DNA of 64,000 nt from Chrysemys picta bellii. Lineage: Eukaryota. A model generated the notes under the pieces. It saw only the letters and a program-made list of their open reading frames with translations, did not search any database and was not told where the DNA came from. Location: NCBI RefSeq assembly GCF_011386835.1, contig NC_088791.1, positions 350,858,001 through 350,922,000 of the forward strand, written 5' to 3'. Positions 34,537 through 47,838 of this stretch are shown one piece after another; within the stretch, counting starts at the first letter, position 1; each line of letters opens with the position of its first letter. The position numbers and the translations under genes are program-made.

Positions 34537-35472
34537 TCACTTGATGAACGCCCTGATTATCCTCTCACGAAGGTGTTTGCTTTTCACGCTGTATACGATT
34601 GGATTAATCAGAGGCGGGACCAGCAAGTAAATGTAGCCCAGGAGAATCTGAAGCAAGGGAAAAGAGCCCTTCCCAAATCTGTGTAACACAGACAAGCCAA
34701 TTTCTGGAGTGTAGAAGAGCAGGACGGCGCAGAGGTGGGAGACACAAGTGTTCAAGGCTCTGAGGCACTCCACGGAGGACGCGATGCTCAGCACTGTTTT
34801 GAGGATCATCACATAAGAGAAGAAGATGAGAAGCGAGTCCAAACCCACTGTTAAGAGTGTAACAGCCAAGCCATAGATGCTATTGAATGTGATGTCCGAA
34901 CAAGCCATCTTAATAACGTCCTGGTGCAGGCAGTAGGAATGGGAGAGGATATTGGCTCGACAATATTGGAACCGTTTTAGAAGAAAGGGGACTGGGAATA
35001 CTACAGCCAACCCTCTTAGCACACACACCAGTCCCATCTTGGCTATTTTCTGCAGGGTTAAGATGGAAGCATATCTCAGCGGGCTACATATAGCGACGAA
35101 GCGGTCAAAGGCCATGAGCAAGAGCACGGAGGATTCAATGAATTGAAGCGAGTGGATGAAGAACAGCTGGGCTAAACAGGCATCAAAGCTTATCTCCCTA
35201 GAGTTAAACAAGAATATCCCCAGGATCGTTGGTATTGTGACTATCGATAAGCCAAGGTCCGTGACAGCCAACATGGAAAGGAAAATGTACATGGGCTCAT
35301 GGAGGCTTAGATCTGTTTTAATAATGAACAGAATGACTGAATTTCCTAATATTGAAATAACATATATGAAACAAAAGAGGATGGAGAGCCAGAGATGAAC
35401 GTCTTCCTGCCCAGGTATCCCGGTGAGCAGGAACACTGCAGATTTGAATTTGGTGTCATTGACAGCTGACAT
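34537..35472 (-). CDS. Class I olfactory receptor, OR51 family (311 aa)
   Basis: True ATG at 35472 (the ORF track extends into the intron). MAFDRFVAICSPLRY, RALNTCVSHL, LHRFG, PPLINPIVY. Confidence 0.95.
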   Translation of the reverse strand: MSAVNDTKFKSAVFLLTGIPGQEDVHLWLSILFCFIYVISILGNSVILFIIKTDLSLHEPMYIFLSMLAVTDLGLSIVTIPTILGIFLFNSREISFDACLAQLFFIHSLQFIESSVLLLMAFDRFVAICSPLRYASILTLQKIAKMGLVCVLRGLAVVFPVPFLLKRFQYCRANILSHSYCLHQDVIKMACSDITFNSIYGLAVTLLTVGLDSLLIFFSYVMILKTVLSIASSVECLRALNTCVSHLCAVLLFYTPEIGLSVLHRFGKGSFPLLQILLGYIYLLVPPLINPIVYSVKSKHLRERIIRAFIK

Positions 35473-36660
35473 AATGTACTGGGCAGGTCCAAGGAGTTTT
35501 GAACTTTCCTTCCTGAAAGGAAAAAGAACAGGAGAGTAGATGATATTTAACAAGACATTTTTCTGCTCTCAGTTCAAGTCTAAAGACTCCCAGAAGCTCA
35601 AGGAGAATCATCAAGAACAGTCTTGGATTTACATAACTGATAGGAAGATAGGCACTGCCTGACTGGATCAGACCTGCTGTCCATCTAGTCCAGTATCCAG
35701 TGGCCAGTTCCTGAAGCTCCAGAGGAAGGTGGAAGGAGCCCTGTAATAGGCAGCTCTGAGATAATCTGCTCCCAGGGAAAGTTTCCCCCTGACGCCCACT
35801 AGCTAGACATATTTTGTGATGTAAATCAGGAAGGTTTAGAGCCCTTCCAAGACTTTTTAAAACAACCCTCAATATTGGAATTGGATTTTCTGGTAACCCA
35901 CATAAACATCCAGTCCCTCTTTCAATCCGGCTAAGCTCTTGGCCCAATGATGTCTTGTGGCTGGGAGTTCCACATCCTGCTTGAACACTGCATGATTTTA
36001 CAATAGTGACCTTACCACAGACACCTTTCTGGCCCTCCTCTTCTGAGTGTGGCCTACTGTATCATGATATGTGGGTAAACACATGGGAAATTCATGAGGA
36101 AAATGGTCATTGTATTTATCTCTTCTGCATTAAAGCAATTTATAAATGTGTTTCATTGCCTCACTATATATTTTTTCTCCATGCCTGAAAGTCCAACTTA
36201 ACCCACTTCCTCTTTGCAGCAGATAGGATACATTCTTAGAGCTAGGATTTTCATTCAATAACATTGACTTAAACTACCGCACTTCAGATTTACATGTGTG
36301 AACTGGGCTCTGTTAACTTTCCCTTAACAAGTGCTCGTGGTGATATACTCAGAGCCCCAAGAATCTGAAGCTGAGGTGCTTTGCCTGCCCAGGGTTGACT
36401 GAATCCAAAGAGTTCCATCATCCTACAGGCCTCTCATCATGCTCTCAGGAACTGCATCCTCTCCCCATGCAAGGGTCAGTAGATATCTGGCAAGTTACAA
36501 GCTAACACAGACTGTTACTTCAGTTGGGTGAGGGAGGGGTTAGTGGCAAGAATGGGTAAATCCTCCAAAAACTATGTTTGCTCTAATATCCAGCAGAGTG
36601 TGCAAGTTACGTCAGCCATGCTCATGTAAAATGTAAGGGGCGTAAATTGCTTACAACCAC

Positions 36661-36908
36661 TAGAATCATAGAATCATAGAATATCAGGGTTGGAAGGGAA
36701 CTCAAGAGGTCATCTAGTCCAACCCCCTGCTCAAAGCAGGACCAATTCCCAACTAAATCATCCCAGCCAGGGTTTTGTCAAGCCGGGCCTTAAAAACCTC
36801 CAAGGAAGGAGACTCCACCACCTCCCTAGATAACGCATTCCAGTGCTTCACCACCCTCCTAGTGAAATAGTGTTTCCTAATATCCAACCTGGACCTCCCC
36901 CACTGCAA
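36661..36908 (-). mobile_element. CR1 3' end
   Basis: tagaatcatagaatcatagaat is the reversed CR1 (ATTCTATG)n tail. Absent from the paralogous introns. Confidence 0.9.
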
Positions 36909-37191
36909 CTATTACACTCCTCTTTCTTGCACCTCAGCTCTACTCTTTGCTAAAACACAGACCAGTGGTTCTGGTCTCTCAGGACTTTTTGGAAACTCTT
37001 ATGCTCTTATGTCCTTGCACATGTATTGGAGAGTGATTGAATGGACAACCCTGAATGTAAGCATTAGAAAAAGCTTCTGTTCAGTTACCAGGAGACAGTA
37101 TCATACAACTGTTCACCAAACAAAGAGTTAATAGCACAAACCCATTGCAAACAGTATGTGGAGCACTTCTGAAATACTTTCTAAAGCCAAA

Positions 37192-37377
37192 AACAACAAG
37201 GAGTCTGGTGGCACCTTAAAGACTAACAGATTTATTTGGGCATAAGCTTTCGTGAGTAAAAACCTGAAGTGAGGTTTTTACTCACGAAAGCTTATGCCCA
37301 AATAAATCTGTTAGTCTTTAAGGTGCCACCAGACTCCCTGTTGTTTTTGTAGATACAGACTAACACGGCTACCCCTG
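37192..37377 (+). mobile_element. Penelope-like fold-back insertion (77 bp inverted arms)
   Basis: Arms 37189-37265 and 37272-37348 (one mismatch), 6 nt spacer. 18 bp TSD ATACTTTCTAAAGCCAAA at 37174-37191 and 37378-37395. Confidence 0.92.
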
Positions 37378-39357
37378 ATACTTTCTAAAGCCAAAGCCAT
37401 TAAGCAGTAATGTTACTGCTGCCCCTTCCTATAGAGATTCCAACAACTCTGCTTCTTGCTTAGATATACAGGCATGTCATGAATGTTTGGTTTGTAATTT
37501 TTGTATTACAATGAAATGGCATAACATTTACACATCTATACGTCAACCCATTCTTTCGCTTCTGATCTTCTTTCAGAGGTGATTTCTCAGGTTAGAGTGG
37601 GACTTAAAATGTAGCATCTGTCATTTGGATTTCTTCAGAACCTGATAAGATCACAGCGTCTCAGCCCTCATCCAGTCACTTGTCAGCAAACAAAAGTCTA
37701 GTAGCTCCTCTGTCTCTGGATTAATAGCTGACTGGTTCTCGTCTGTCAGTCTGTAGCCTGTATCCGGAGTGGTAACAGACATTCGGATCAATATAGAAAA
37801 TATTTATTCCCTGAGCTCTCACTTTCTATTACATAGTAACCCCAGCACCTGTTATTGAGGCACGATGAGGGTTTGCAGGAAATGGATTTGAAAGTCATAT
37901 GCATGAGTATTCATGGAAATGCAACTTCATTTCCCACAGGTAAGTAGTTTCTCTCTCTCTCTCTGACTGTCTATTTCCTGTATTCATAAAATCTTTAGCA
38001 CCCGAGACCAGCATTGTGACTGACATAGAGCTGAGCTGCTACAATGAATGTGTGTGTTAAACCCAGTTCTGGGGTTTTTTGCTGTATAGCTACATAGGGT
38101 TAACTATTGGGATATTTATGTTATGGCTGTATTATGGCTCTTCGTAGTTTCATAGCAGGCTGGTGGAGAACAAGCAGGAAGGGAAGCAAGAGATCAAGAA
38201 AAGCCATCTCTCAGTAAGCTCTTCAGAGAAGCTGGGAGACAACACCGGAGCTACAAGCTGAGAAGAGCCTATTTCCAGGCTCCAGCCATGTTACACAGCT
38301 TGTTTTGCCAGCGCTGGGAGTCTGTCCAGAGGTCGGGCAGCTGTTGCTGAGAAAATTTTCAAACTGACAGGCACAGACACCGCTGGGGAAATCTGAAGGC
38401 TCTCGGCCTGCCTGGGACCCCGTCAGAGTGGGAGGGCTTGGGGTCAGAGAACTTCTTATTCTCCCATGTTATACTTTATTCCTGCAGTTCAGATTAAACA
38501 GTATTTTGGGTCTAGAAGGCTGGCTGGTCACTTGTCTCATGACTGTTCACAGACTCTGAAAGGGAAGAACCACAGGTGCCGAACCCACTCGGACCTGCTG
38601 GACAAGCACAGTCCCCCCGCAGTGTGCTGTAGCCCAGGACCCAGCCTGAGGGTGGAGGATCCTGAATTTCCACCTCATGAGAGCGAAGGCTACAAAGGGT
38701 CCCGTCTGAGGATGGCAGGTTCGTGGGATTCCACCCCATGCTTGACATCTGGCCCCATCACAGGGAAGGCTACAAGGCTTGACATCTGGCACTCGGAGAC
38801 CAGAGATGCCAGTAATCCTGTAACTCTGAGGGGTATCTACGGGGTAGAAAACCTGGATCCCTCAGCCAATCAGGAAAGAGAAATATGACTTATCAGCCCT
38901 ATTACCACACAGCAACACAGCTCTGGATTCCTGCATTCACAATCAAGCCAGAGAATAAAACCTTTAAAAATGCATTTGCTGATACAATTTTCAGGAGCAA
39001 ATAAATCTGAGGCGATTTGGGAACTAGTCACTGATATTCTGCAGGGTTTCGTCTCGCTCAGTCCTGGCAGGATCGGTCCTAGAGCACACGGCACCTCTAG
39101 AAATGGGACTTGGGTTTTTAACAATCTGAGCTCACTTTGAATCTCAGATTTCTGTGTAGCTTGACTAGCCTACCTAGGATCCTGGCTACATGTAGGGGAG
39201 GGGTTCCAATGCTACCTAGTGCTGCCCTCCAGCCCCATCACTGAGTCACCCCGACAGCCCAGTTGAGTCCTCTGCCACTGCACAGAACATCTGCAAATGG
39301 AACCAGCTTGCAGTCTTTACCCTAAACTTTGCATTTCAAAAATGGTGAAACCTGCCA

Positions 39358-39516
39358 ACATACCCAATTCCTGCTCGACGGGGAGCCGCTGACACCAGAG
39401 GTCTTCACCCTAAAGGACAAGGAGTCATCGAAGAGGTTACATGGGGAGCAAGCAGTATCTGTTCAGATAGGGAGGGAACTGTCTTTATGAAGCATGTCTG
39501 CACATTCCCTGGGGGC
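39358..39516 (-). promoter_or_regulatory. Putative promoter, exon 1 and donor of OR51 at 35472
   Basis: O/E attccctggggg 39504-39515, CATAAA 39484-39489(-), donor GTATGT 39358-39363(-). Confidence 0.55.
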
Positions 39517-40942
39517 CACCTGGCCATTAGGGAACCTCGGCTGCTTGGCTTAGTGTGCACCAGCTCTAACCCCCATCACGGCCAAGGGCAAAATGCAGGA
39601 GGTCAAATCACAGGGGTCGTGTGGTGATCCTACCCAGCCAGACTGCAGCACCAGCACTGCTGCCGGCTCTGTTCCTGGAATCCGGGTTTGTCGTCACGGT
39701 TCATATGGTTCTGATTAGTCACATGACTACCTTGGGTGCAGCCAAGTGGTAACAATGATGCTGTCACAGCAGTGGTCTTGCTGAAATAAATATATAAATA
39801 AATAAATATAGATTCAGATTTCTCCCCAGCAGCCCCCTGTCCTGCATTGCAAACCCAAGGTGCAGCCAGGAAGAAAGATTCCACAAGGATCTCTACAGGG
39901 AAAATTCCCTCAGATTGTTCTCATAGGAGAGATCCCTTCATAGCATCCCTTCCCTTTTCCCTGGGGAATAAACAGTGACCCCCAGAATCCAGGGATCCCC
40001 AAAGTTAGGCACAGATCTCAGTGATCCACTCTTAGATAGGCCCACCCAACTACAATCTCTGGGCCTCCACAACTGCTCTAGGACCCTCTCTAGCTCCCTG
40101 CTAGCACAGGTTCATCAGGGGTGTGCTACCAGGGCCTGTTACAGCAGCCACTGCCTGCAAGATCTGCTAAAGAGGGCGTTGTACAGAGTGGAGGGGGCTG
40201 CACAGAGATGGGAAGGCTGGTTAGAGTAGTTGATGGGCACAATACCCCAGCCATAGACTGGTTGGGAAGTTTAGACTTTTCCATACCCAGAGTGCAGCCA
40301 TAGACTCGGTCAGTGCAACCTTCATTTATGTTATAAGGAAGAGGCAGATGAAAAACTTCCAATTTCTTTTGGAGATCCTGACAGCTGGGCAGCATCATGG
40401 CAGCTGAGCGTACAGAGAAAAATTATCCATTCTGTATGAAACCTCACCCCAAAAAAGGATGAAAAGGAAACATTTTAGTTTGGATCAAAATTTTTCAGGG
40501 GGGGGGGGATGATTCTGTTTTCCAGCCCAGCTCTAGCTCAGCCCATGAGCCTCTGTCCCTCGTGCTATAGAACTATGACCCTAAGTGGCACCACTCGCCT
40601 TCCCCATCAGCTTCTTACACAGAGCAGCCCCTGAAGGTCTGCTAGGGTGGCTATGTCAGCTGAGACAAGGCTGGTCTGCAGTAGTCCCTCCATGAGTGGA
40701 ACAATTTAGGAACATAAGAACGGCCATGTTTGGTCAGACCATTGTTCCATCTAGCCCAGTGTCCTGTCTTCTGACGATAGCCTGTACATTCTTCACAGGA
40801 AACGAACAAAACAGGGCAATTATCGAGTGATCAATACGCTGTCATCTGCTCCCAGTTTCCAGCAGTCAGAGGGTTAGAGACACCCAGAGGATGGGGCTGT
40901 ATCCCTGACCATCTTGACTAACAGCTATTGATGGACCTATCA

Positions 40943-41460
40943 TTTTCAGGTATCTAAAAGGGTGTCATAAGGAGGAGGGAGAAAACTTGTTCATCTTACA
41001 GGTTTCAGAGTAGCAGCCGTGTTAGTCTGTATCCGCAAAAAGAAGAACAGGAGTATTTGTGGCACCTTAGAGACCAACAAATTAAGTGGGCTGTAGTCCT
41101 CGAAAGCTTATGCTCTAATAAATTTGTTAGTCTCTAAGGTGCCACAAGTACTCCTGTTCTTCTTTTTGTTCATCTTAGCCGCTAAGGATAGAACAAGAAG
41201 CAATGGGCTTAAACTGCAGGAAGGGAGGTTTAAGTTGGACATTAGGAAAAAGTTTCTAACGGTCAGTGTGGTTAAACACTGGAATAAATTGCCTAGGGAG
41301 GTTGTGGAATCTCCATCTCTGGAGATATTTAAGAGTCAGTTAGATAAATGTCTATCAGGGATGGTCTAGACAGTAATTGGTCCTGCCATGAGGGCAGGGG
41401 ACTGGACTCGATGACCTCTCGAGGTCCCTTCCAGTCCTAGAATCTATGAATCTATGAATC
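40943..41460 (+). mobile_element. CR1 3' fragment with (AATCTATG)n tail
   Basis: [24 protein letters not shown] (ORF 41124). Tail agaatctatgaatctatgaatc. Confidence 0.88.
40999..41165 (-). mobile_element. Penelope-like remnant with inverted arm, hammerhead core truncated
   Basis: 12 bp TSD TTGTTCATCTTA at 40987-40998 and 41166-41177. About 47 bp inverted arms flank a partial stem II and GAAAGCTTATGC. Confidence 0.85.
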
Positions 41461-43349
41461 CTCCATCAATTTACCTAATTCTTTTTGGATCAGTTATACT
41501 TTTAGCCTTCATAGCATCCCTTGGCAGTGTGTTCCTCAGGCTGACTGTGTGTTGTGTGAAAAAGTACTTTCTTTTGTTTCTTTCAAACCTGCTGCCTATT
41601 AACTTCATTAGGTAACCCCTTATTCATGTGAAGGGGTAAATAACACTTCCTGATTCACTTTCTTCACACCACTCAGGATTAGGCCTCTATCATATACCCG
41701 CTTACTCATTTCTTTTCCAAACTTAACAGTCCCAGTCTTTTTAATCTATCTTCATATGGAAGCAGTCCCATACCCCAAAATGTGTGATGCCCTTCTCTGT
41801 ATTTTCCCATGGAAATATATGGGTTTTTTGAGATGAGGCAACCAAAATTTAAAAATAAATATTTAAGGTGTGGGTATACCATGGATTTATACAGGGGCTA
41901 TATGATATGTTCTGTCTCATGACCAATTCCTTTCTTATTGATTTCCAAAATTGTGTTAGCTTTTTTTCACTGCAGCTGCACATTGAACGGATGTTTTCAG
42001 AGAACTATCCACAATGACTCCAAGATCTCTTTCTTGAGTGCTAACAATTCATTTAGACCCCACCATTTTATATGTATAGTTGGGATTATGTTTTCCCATG
42101 TGCATTACTTTGCACTTATCAACACTGAACTTCATCTGCCATTTTGCTTGCCCAGACACTGCATTTTGTATCATCTGCAAATTTTGCCACCAACCTCATT
42201 TATGAATATGTTGAACAACACTGGTCCCAGTACAGACCCCTGGGGTTCACCATTATTTACCTCTCCCTCCCTTCTGAAAACCGATCATTTAGTCCTACAC
42301 TTTGTTTCCTAGCTTTTAACCAGTTGCTGATACAGGAGAGAACCTGTTGTGTGACATTTCCCCATAACTTACCCCATATCTGCTTAATTTTCTTAAGAGC
42401 CTTTGGTGAGGGACCTTGTCAAAGGCTTTCTGAAAGTCCAAGTACACTATTTGCCCTGCATCACCCTTGACCACATGTTTGTTGACCCCCTCAATGAATT
42501 GTAATAGATTGGTGAAGCATGATTTCCCTTTGAAAAGCTGTGTTGATTCTACCCCAACAAATCATGTTCATCTATGTGTCTAATTATTCTGTTCTTTACT
42601 AGATGGTCAACCAATTTGCCTGTTACTTAAGTTAGGCTTTCTGGCCTGTAATTGCCAGGAAAGCCTCTTGTTTAAAAATCAGAAGCACATTAGCTATCTG
42701 CCAATCATCTTGTACAAAAGCTGATATAAGTGATAGGTTACATACGAAAGTGTTAGTAGTTCTGCAGTTTGGTATTTGAGTTCCTTCAGAACTCTTCGGT
42801 GAATAACATCTGGTCCTTGTGATTTAATATTGTTTAATTTGTCAGTTTGTTTCAAAACCAACTCTATTGACACCTCAATGTGTGACAGTTACTCAAATCT
42901 GTCACCTAAAAAGAATGGCTCAGGTGTGGGAATCTCCCTGACATCCTCTGCAGTGAAGACCAATGCAAAGAATTCATTTAGCCTCTCTGAAGCAGCAACA
43001 TCTTCCTTGAGTGATCCTTTAGCACCTCAATTGTCCAGGGGTCCCACTTATGGTTTTGCAGGCTTACTGATGTACTTTGAAAAAAAATTGTTAATTTTTG
43101 TAACTTTTGCTTTGGAACTAGGTATACAGTTTCACCCAGCCCCAGTCAGCAAGTATAGTCAATCACCTAAAAAAATCATGAGATTGATTTAAAAATAAGT
43201 ATAATTCTAAATATCATTATGTGAGTTTCTTTTCCGTTTTCCTTTGGTTTCTGAGCCATTGGGGTCACCTGTTTCAAGTTTTCTGCAACTGATTTTTTTA
43301 AAGAAACTTTTTTCAGAAAACTGAAATTTCAGATTCCCACACAGTCACT

Positions 43350-44085
43350 TGATCCCAGAAGTTGGGGCTGAAGGACATAAATCCACACCGTGTAGAGGTC
43401 AAAGCATAGGGGTTTATTACACACAGCGCTGGCGGAGTGTCACCTGGCTCATTAGGCTCAGAGACACTGTCAATCAATTGATTACAATGAAATATATAGA
43501 TTTTCCATGGGGGGGGGAAGGTGACGGGGTAGGCAGTTCCACACCCCAGGTTAAGTTTTGCAGCAAGACAAGATAGCACAATAGCCAATGGTTAACAGGT
43601 TACATAATGTCTCCGCCCATGGTCTCAAGTTAGCAAGTTAACATTTGATTAATACTTTGATAAAATGTTATTAGTATAAAATATATATGTTGAATTCTGA
43701 TTTGGGGTCCATAGGAACAGAGTAACTCCTTTGATTGTCCGACAGGTACATGTCTAGGGGATAAAACAAAGAAACAGTGAAAGCATATGAAAATAGAGAT
43801 TGTCTCCTTTATGTCTTAAGGCAGGGCATTGGTCCCTTGGAAGGGAGGTGGAAGGATGCCATATTATTATAGTGACATGTGCCAATATTTCATAAACTCA
43901 AGGTTGGATCTGTGGGAAGACTGTTTTCCCTTCAAGAGAAACACAATAGGAACAGGGATCCTTTGTTCAATTTGAAACATTGGATGAAACATAATTATTC
44001 AGTTATTGCTTCAACATCTGGCATTTCTACTGACCAAGCAGATCTTAGCAAAGGCAATGTTATTTTGTTTACCCCAACTTTCTCA
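43350..44085. mobile_element. Putative LTR
   Basis: Inverted termini (tga..aagttgggg / ccccaactttctca), with AATAAA on the minus strand near 43415. No TSD found. Confidence 0.4.
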
Positions 44086-44468
44086 TAGCTGATCACTATT
44101 AGCTAGGCCTCTGGTCTCCAGACCAAACTCTGGACTTTGGGTCTGGAAAAGAGCTGGCATAATTCATATACCAGGTTGTTATATAACATGCACATGGATT
44201 TTAACCCTTCAGGGCTTTAAGAAAGACAGGAAATAGTATGAGACTTGCAGTAAAATCCCAATATATAGTGTTTCTGGCCAAATCTCAAGCAATGCACCCA
44301 CAAACGAAAGCACTGAGGGTTACTTAGTGGACGTTTCTGGTCACATAGTCCATCAGTGGCAGAGATGCTGTTTCCCTCTGCACTGGCCTACAAAGTCTCC
44401 TCTTTTAAGGAACAGGGTTACACCACAGATAGCTGGACATAATAGTGACTGTCTTGCAGATGCACTGG

Positions 44469-45646
44469 TGTGATAGGTTAAATCACAGAAACCCCCTTGG
44501 GGCTGCCAACTGATGTGCCAAGACTACCTCTGCCCCTGCTTTTCTGCCCTGGCAGCTTAGGACTTCAGTGCCCTGCCTGGTTTGAGCCAGACCCGCTAGA
44601 CTGCTGCAAACCCAGACCCAGGTCTAAACCACGTCCCCTAACAGCTGTAGGTTTAACTGAAAGCAACTTACAGACGTGTTCCTGTCTTTAACACTCAGAT
44701 GCCCAACTCCCAATGGGGTCCAAACCCCAAATAAATCTGTTTTACCCTGTATAAAGCTTATATAGGGTAAACTCATAAATTGTTCACCCTCTATAATACT
44801 GACAGAGAGATATGCACAGCTGCTTGCCCCACCCCCCTCCCCAGGTATTAATGCATACTCTGAGTTAATTAATAAGTAAAAAGTGATTTTATTAAATACA
44901 GAAAGTAGGATTTAAGTGGTTCCAAGTAGTAACAGACAGAACAAAGTGAATCACCAAGTAAAATAACATAGAACATTCAAGTCTATGTCTAAGAAACTGA
45001 ATACAAATAAAACCTCACCAGGTCCAGTAAGCTTCCTTTTACAGACTAGTCTCTTTCTAGTCTGGGTCCATCAATCCTTCTCCCCCCGACCTCCCTTTGA
45101 TCCAGTTTCTTTCAGGTATCCGTGGGAGTGGAGAGGGTATCTCTTGAGCCAGCTGAAGAAAAAATGGAAGGGTCTCCCAGGAGTTTAAATAGACTTTCTC
45201 TTGCGGGTGGATACCCCTCCCTCCCTCTTTGTAGAATCCCAGCTCCAAGATGGAGTTTTGGAGTCGCCTGGGCCAGTCACATGTCCATGCATGACTCAGT
45301 TTTAGCAGCCAAGCCACATTCCTGGGAAGGCTCCGATGTGGATTGGCATCTTCAAGTTCATTGTTGGCGTAAGTGGTTTTTGATTGGGCACTTAATTTGC
45401 ACTTTTCTCAAGAAGCTGACCAAATGCTCTACGAGGCTAGTTAAAATCAAGCCAATACACAACCAATATTCATAACTTTGAATACAAAATTGATACATGC
45501 ATACAAATAGGATGAATACATTAAGTAGATCATAACCTTTACATAGATATGTTACATGACAATATGTAGCCTAAAAGATATTCCAGTAATGTCACATATA
45601 CATTCATAAGCATATTCCATAAAGCCTTATGGGAGGCACCGTCCCA
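44469..45646 (-). mobile_element. Solo LTR (1178 bp) inserted into block X copy 3
   Basis: 5 bp TSD ACTGG at 44464-44468 and 45647-45651. The flanks rejoin to give block X as seen at about 9480-9620. Confidence 0.9.
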
Positions 45647-46078
45647 ACTGGTTCCTCAGATACAGCTCATAGGGACTCCTCCACCTGTTCCAGCATGAGA
45701 TATGAACATACCAGGTAAACAAGGACATACACATTTTTACTAGAATGGAGTGTGACCCAAGGCCAGTTCCAAATGCCTGCTGCTAGCTCACTATGGGCCC
45801 CAATCAACCCCCTTGCCCAGATCCAGCTAACCCCAAACTTGTTGATATTGGAAGTTTGGATGCAGGGTGTGAGGTCTATCCAGTGCTAGAGCGGCTCTCA
45901 CTGCTCATGGAGCAGGTGGAAGATCAGGATCAGACCGAGGGGCTGCCCAGCAGGGTTCTGTTTGCCCAGCCAACACTCTCCAGATCCTTCACTCTCTGAA
46001 AGCACGTCCTGATTCCCCCTCTTACTGCCGAGCTGCAGGAGGGGCCCAGAACTCCCTCATCAAAGGGTGCTGTGCTAA

Positions 46079-47385
46079 TCATAGAAGTTTAGAGTTTGAA
46101 GAAATCTCAAGAGGTCATGTGGTCTGTCATAAATATAAAGGGAAGGGTAACAACCTTTATGTATGCAATAACATAAAATCCAGAGGTACAAAATCCCCTT
46201 ACCTGTAAGGGGTTAATCAGTTCAATTAACCTACTTGGCACCTGACCAGAAGGACCAATGGGAAAAGAAGATACTTTCAAATCTGTGGGGTGGGGGGAGG
46301 TTTTGTTTGTGCTCTCTTTGTTTGTTCCCTCTCGGACAGAGATAGGGACCAGGGCAGGAAAAAACATCTCCTAAAAACATACCTGAAATGAGCATCTAAG
46401 ATTACAAAAAGATCAACTAAGCAAGGAAATGTGTTAGATTATCTTTTTGTTTTGCTTGTGAATTTTCCCTAGCCTAAGAGGTAATTTTATTCCTGTTTTG
46501 TAACTGGGAAGCAGAGTCAAAGAGGAATTCTCTGTGTTTTAAATCTTTTTATTTACCCTGTAAAGTTACCTTCCATCCTGATTTTGCAGGTGTGAGTCTT
46601 TTACTTTTTTTTTAATAAAGTTCTTCTTTTAAGAACATGATTGATTTTCAGTGTCCTAAAAAACAGGGATTTGGTCTGCGCTCACTTTGTTAACCTATTG
46701 GTTGGTATATTATTCTCAAGCCTCCCCAGGAAAGGGGGTGAAGGGGATTGGGGCAGGGAGGATGGAGCTCCAAGTGGCCCTTTGTTGTTTGTTTAAATCA
46801 CTTGGTGGTGGCAGCAATACTGTCCAAAGACAAGGAAAGGAATTTGTGCCTTGGGGAAGTTTTTAACCTAAGCCGGTGAAATATAAACTTACGGAATCTT
46901 TTATGTGGGTCCCCACATCTGTACCCCAGAGTTGAGAGTGGGGAGGGAAACCTGACGTGGTTCAACCCCCTGCTCAAAGCAGGACCAGTCCCAACTAAAT
47001 CATCACAGCCAGTGCTTTTTCAAGCCAGGCCTTAAAAATCCCTAAAGATGGAGATTCCACCACCTCCCTAGGTAACTCATTCCAGTACATCACTATCCTG
47101 CTAGTGAAATATCCAACCTAGGCCTCCCCCACTGCAACTTGAGACCATTGCCCCTTGTTCTGCCCTCTGCCACCTCCATCCTCTTTGGAACCCCCCTTTG
47201 GGTGGTTGAAGGCTGCTATCAAATCCCTCCCCACTCTTCTCTTCTGCAGACTAAATAAGACCAGTTCCCTCAGCCTCTCCTCAGAAGTCATGTGCCCCAC
47301 CTCCCTAATGATTTCTATTGACCTACATTGTCCACCTCCTTTCTGTAGTGGGGGGCCCAAAACTGGACACAATACTCCAGATATC
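46079..47385 (-). mobile_element. CR1 3' fragment split by an LTR
   Basis: gaggtcat.tggtc|caaccccctgctcaaagc continuity across the LTR. ORF 47118..47399(-) contains [16 protein letters not shown]. Confidence 0.85.
46125..46957 (+). mobile_element. Solo LTR (833 bp), same family as 33362-34187
   Basis: TGTCA...TGACG termini, TSD TGGTC/TGGTT. Shares tgtcataa.tataaagggaagggtaaca with 33362. Confidence 0.88.
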
Positions 47386-47838
47386 AGAGGGGTAGCCATG
47401 TTAGTCTGAATCTGTAAAAAGCAACAGAGGGTCCTAGGGCACTTTAAGACTAACAGAAGTATTGAAGCATAAGCTTTCGTGGGTGAATGCCCACTTCATC
47501 AGATGCAAGTAATGGAAATTATCAGAGGCAGGTATAAATCAGTATGGAGATAACGAGGTTAGTTCAATCAGGGAGGGTGAGGTGCTCTGCTAGCAGTTGA
47601 GGTGTGAACACCAAGGGAGGAGAAACTGCTTCTGTAGTTGGAAAACCATTCACAATCTTTGTTTAATCCTGATCTGATGGTGTCAAATTTGCAAATGAAC
47701 TGGAGCTCAGCAGTTTCTCTTTGGAGTCTGGTCCTGAAGTTTTTTTGCTGTAAGATGGCTACCTTTACATCTGCTATTGTGTGGCCAGGGAGGTTGAAGT
47801 GTTCTCCTACAGGTTTTTGTATATTGCCATTCCTGATG
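47386..47838 (-). mobile_element. Penelope-like element, GIY-YIG C-terminus plus terminal repeat
   Basis: Reverse complement matches the endonuclease 3' region at 61360-61560. No TSD seen. Confidence 0.85.
47467..47506 (-). ncRNA. Minimal type I hammerhead ribozyme motif, canonical core
   Basis: GCAU-CUGAUGA-A-GUGGG(CAUUCA)CCCAC-GAA-AGCU-U-AUGC. Confidence 0.8.

Larger units (their letters stand above)
40700..43085 (-). mobile_element. Older CR1, interrupted by a younger CR1 and a PLE
   Basis: 3' UTR at 40700-40940 resumes at 41461. RT-region reverse complement extends to about 43085. Homologous to 51620-52325. Confidence 0.8.

Noticed and set aside
35473-35553. N-terminal extensions of OR ORFs in the track (also 464-487, 49401-49505, 55207-55293)
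   Set aside because: They start at non-ATG or intronic codons. The OR51 extensions run through the polypyrimidine tract and acceptor. The homologous start is MSAVN (MSVVN), or MPDSS for the OR52.
37189-37348. Hairpins as prokaryotic terminators or CRISPR-like repeats
   Set aside because: Vertebrate DNA. There is no repeat-spacer array, and the PLE inversion explains this one.
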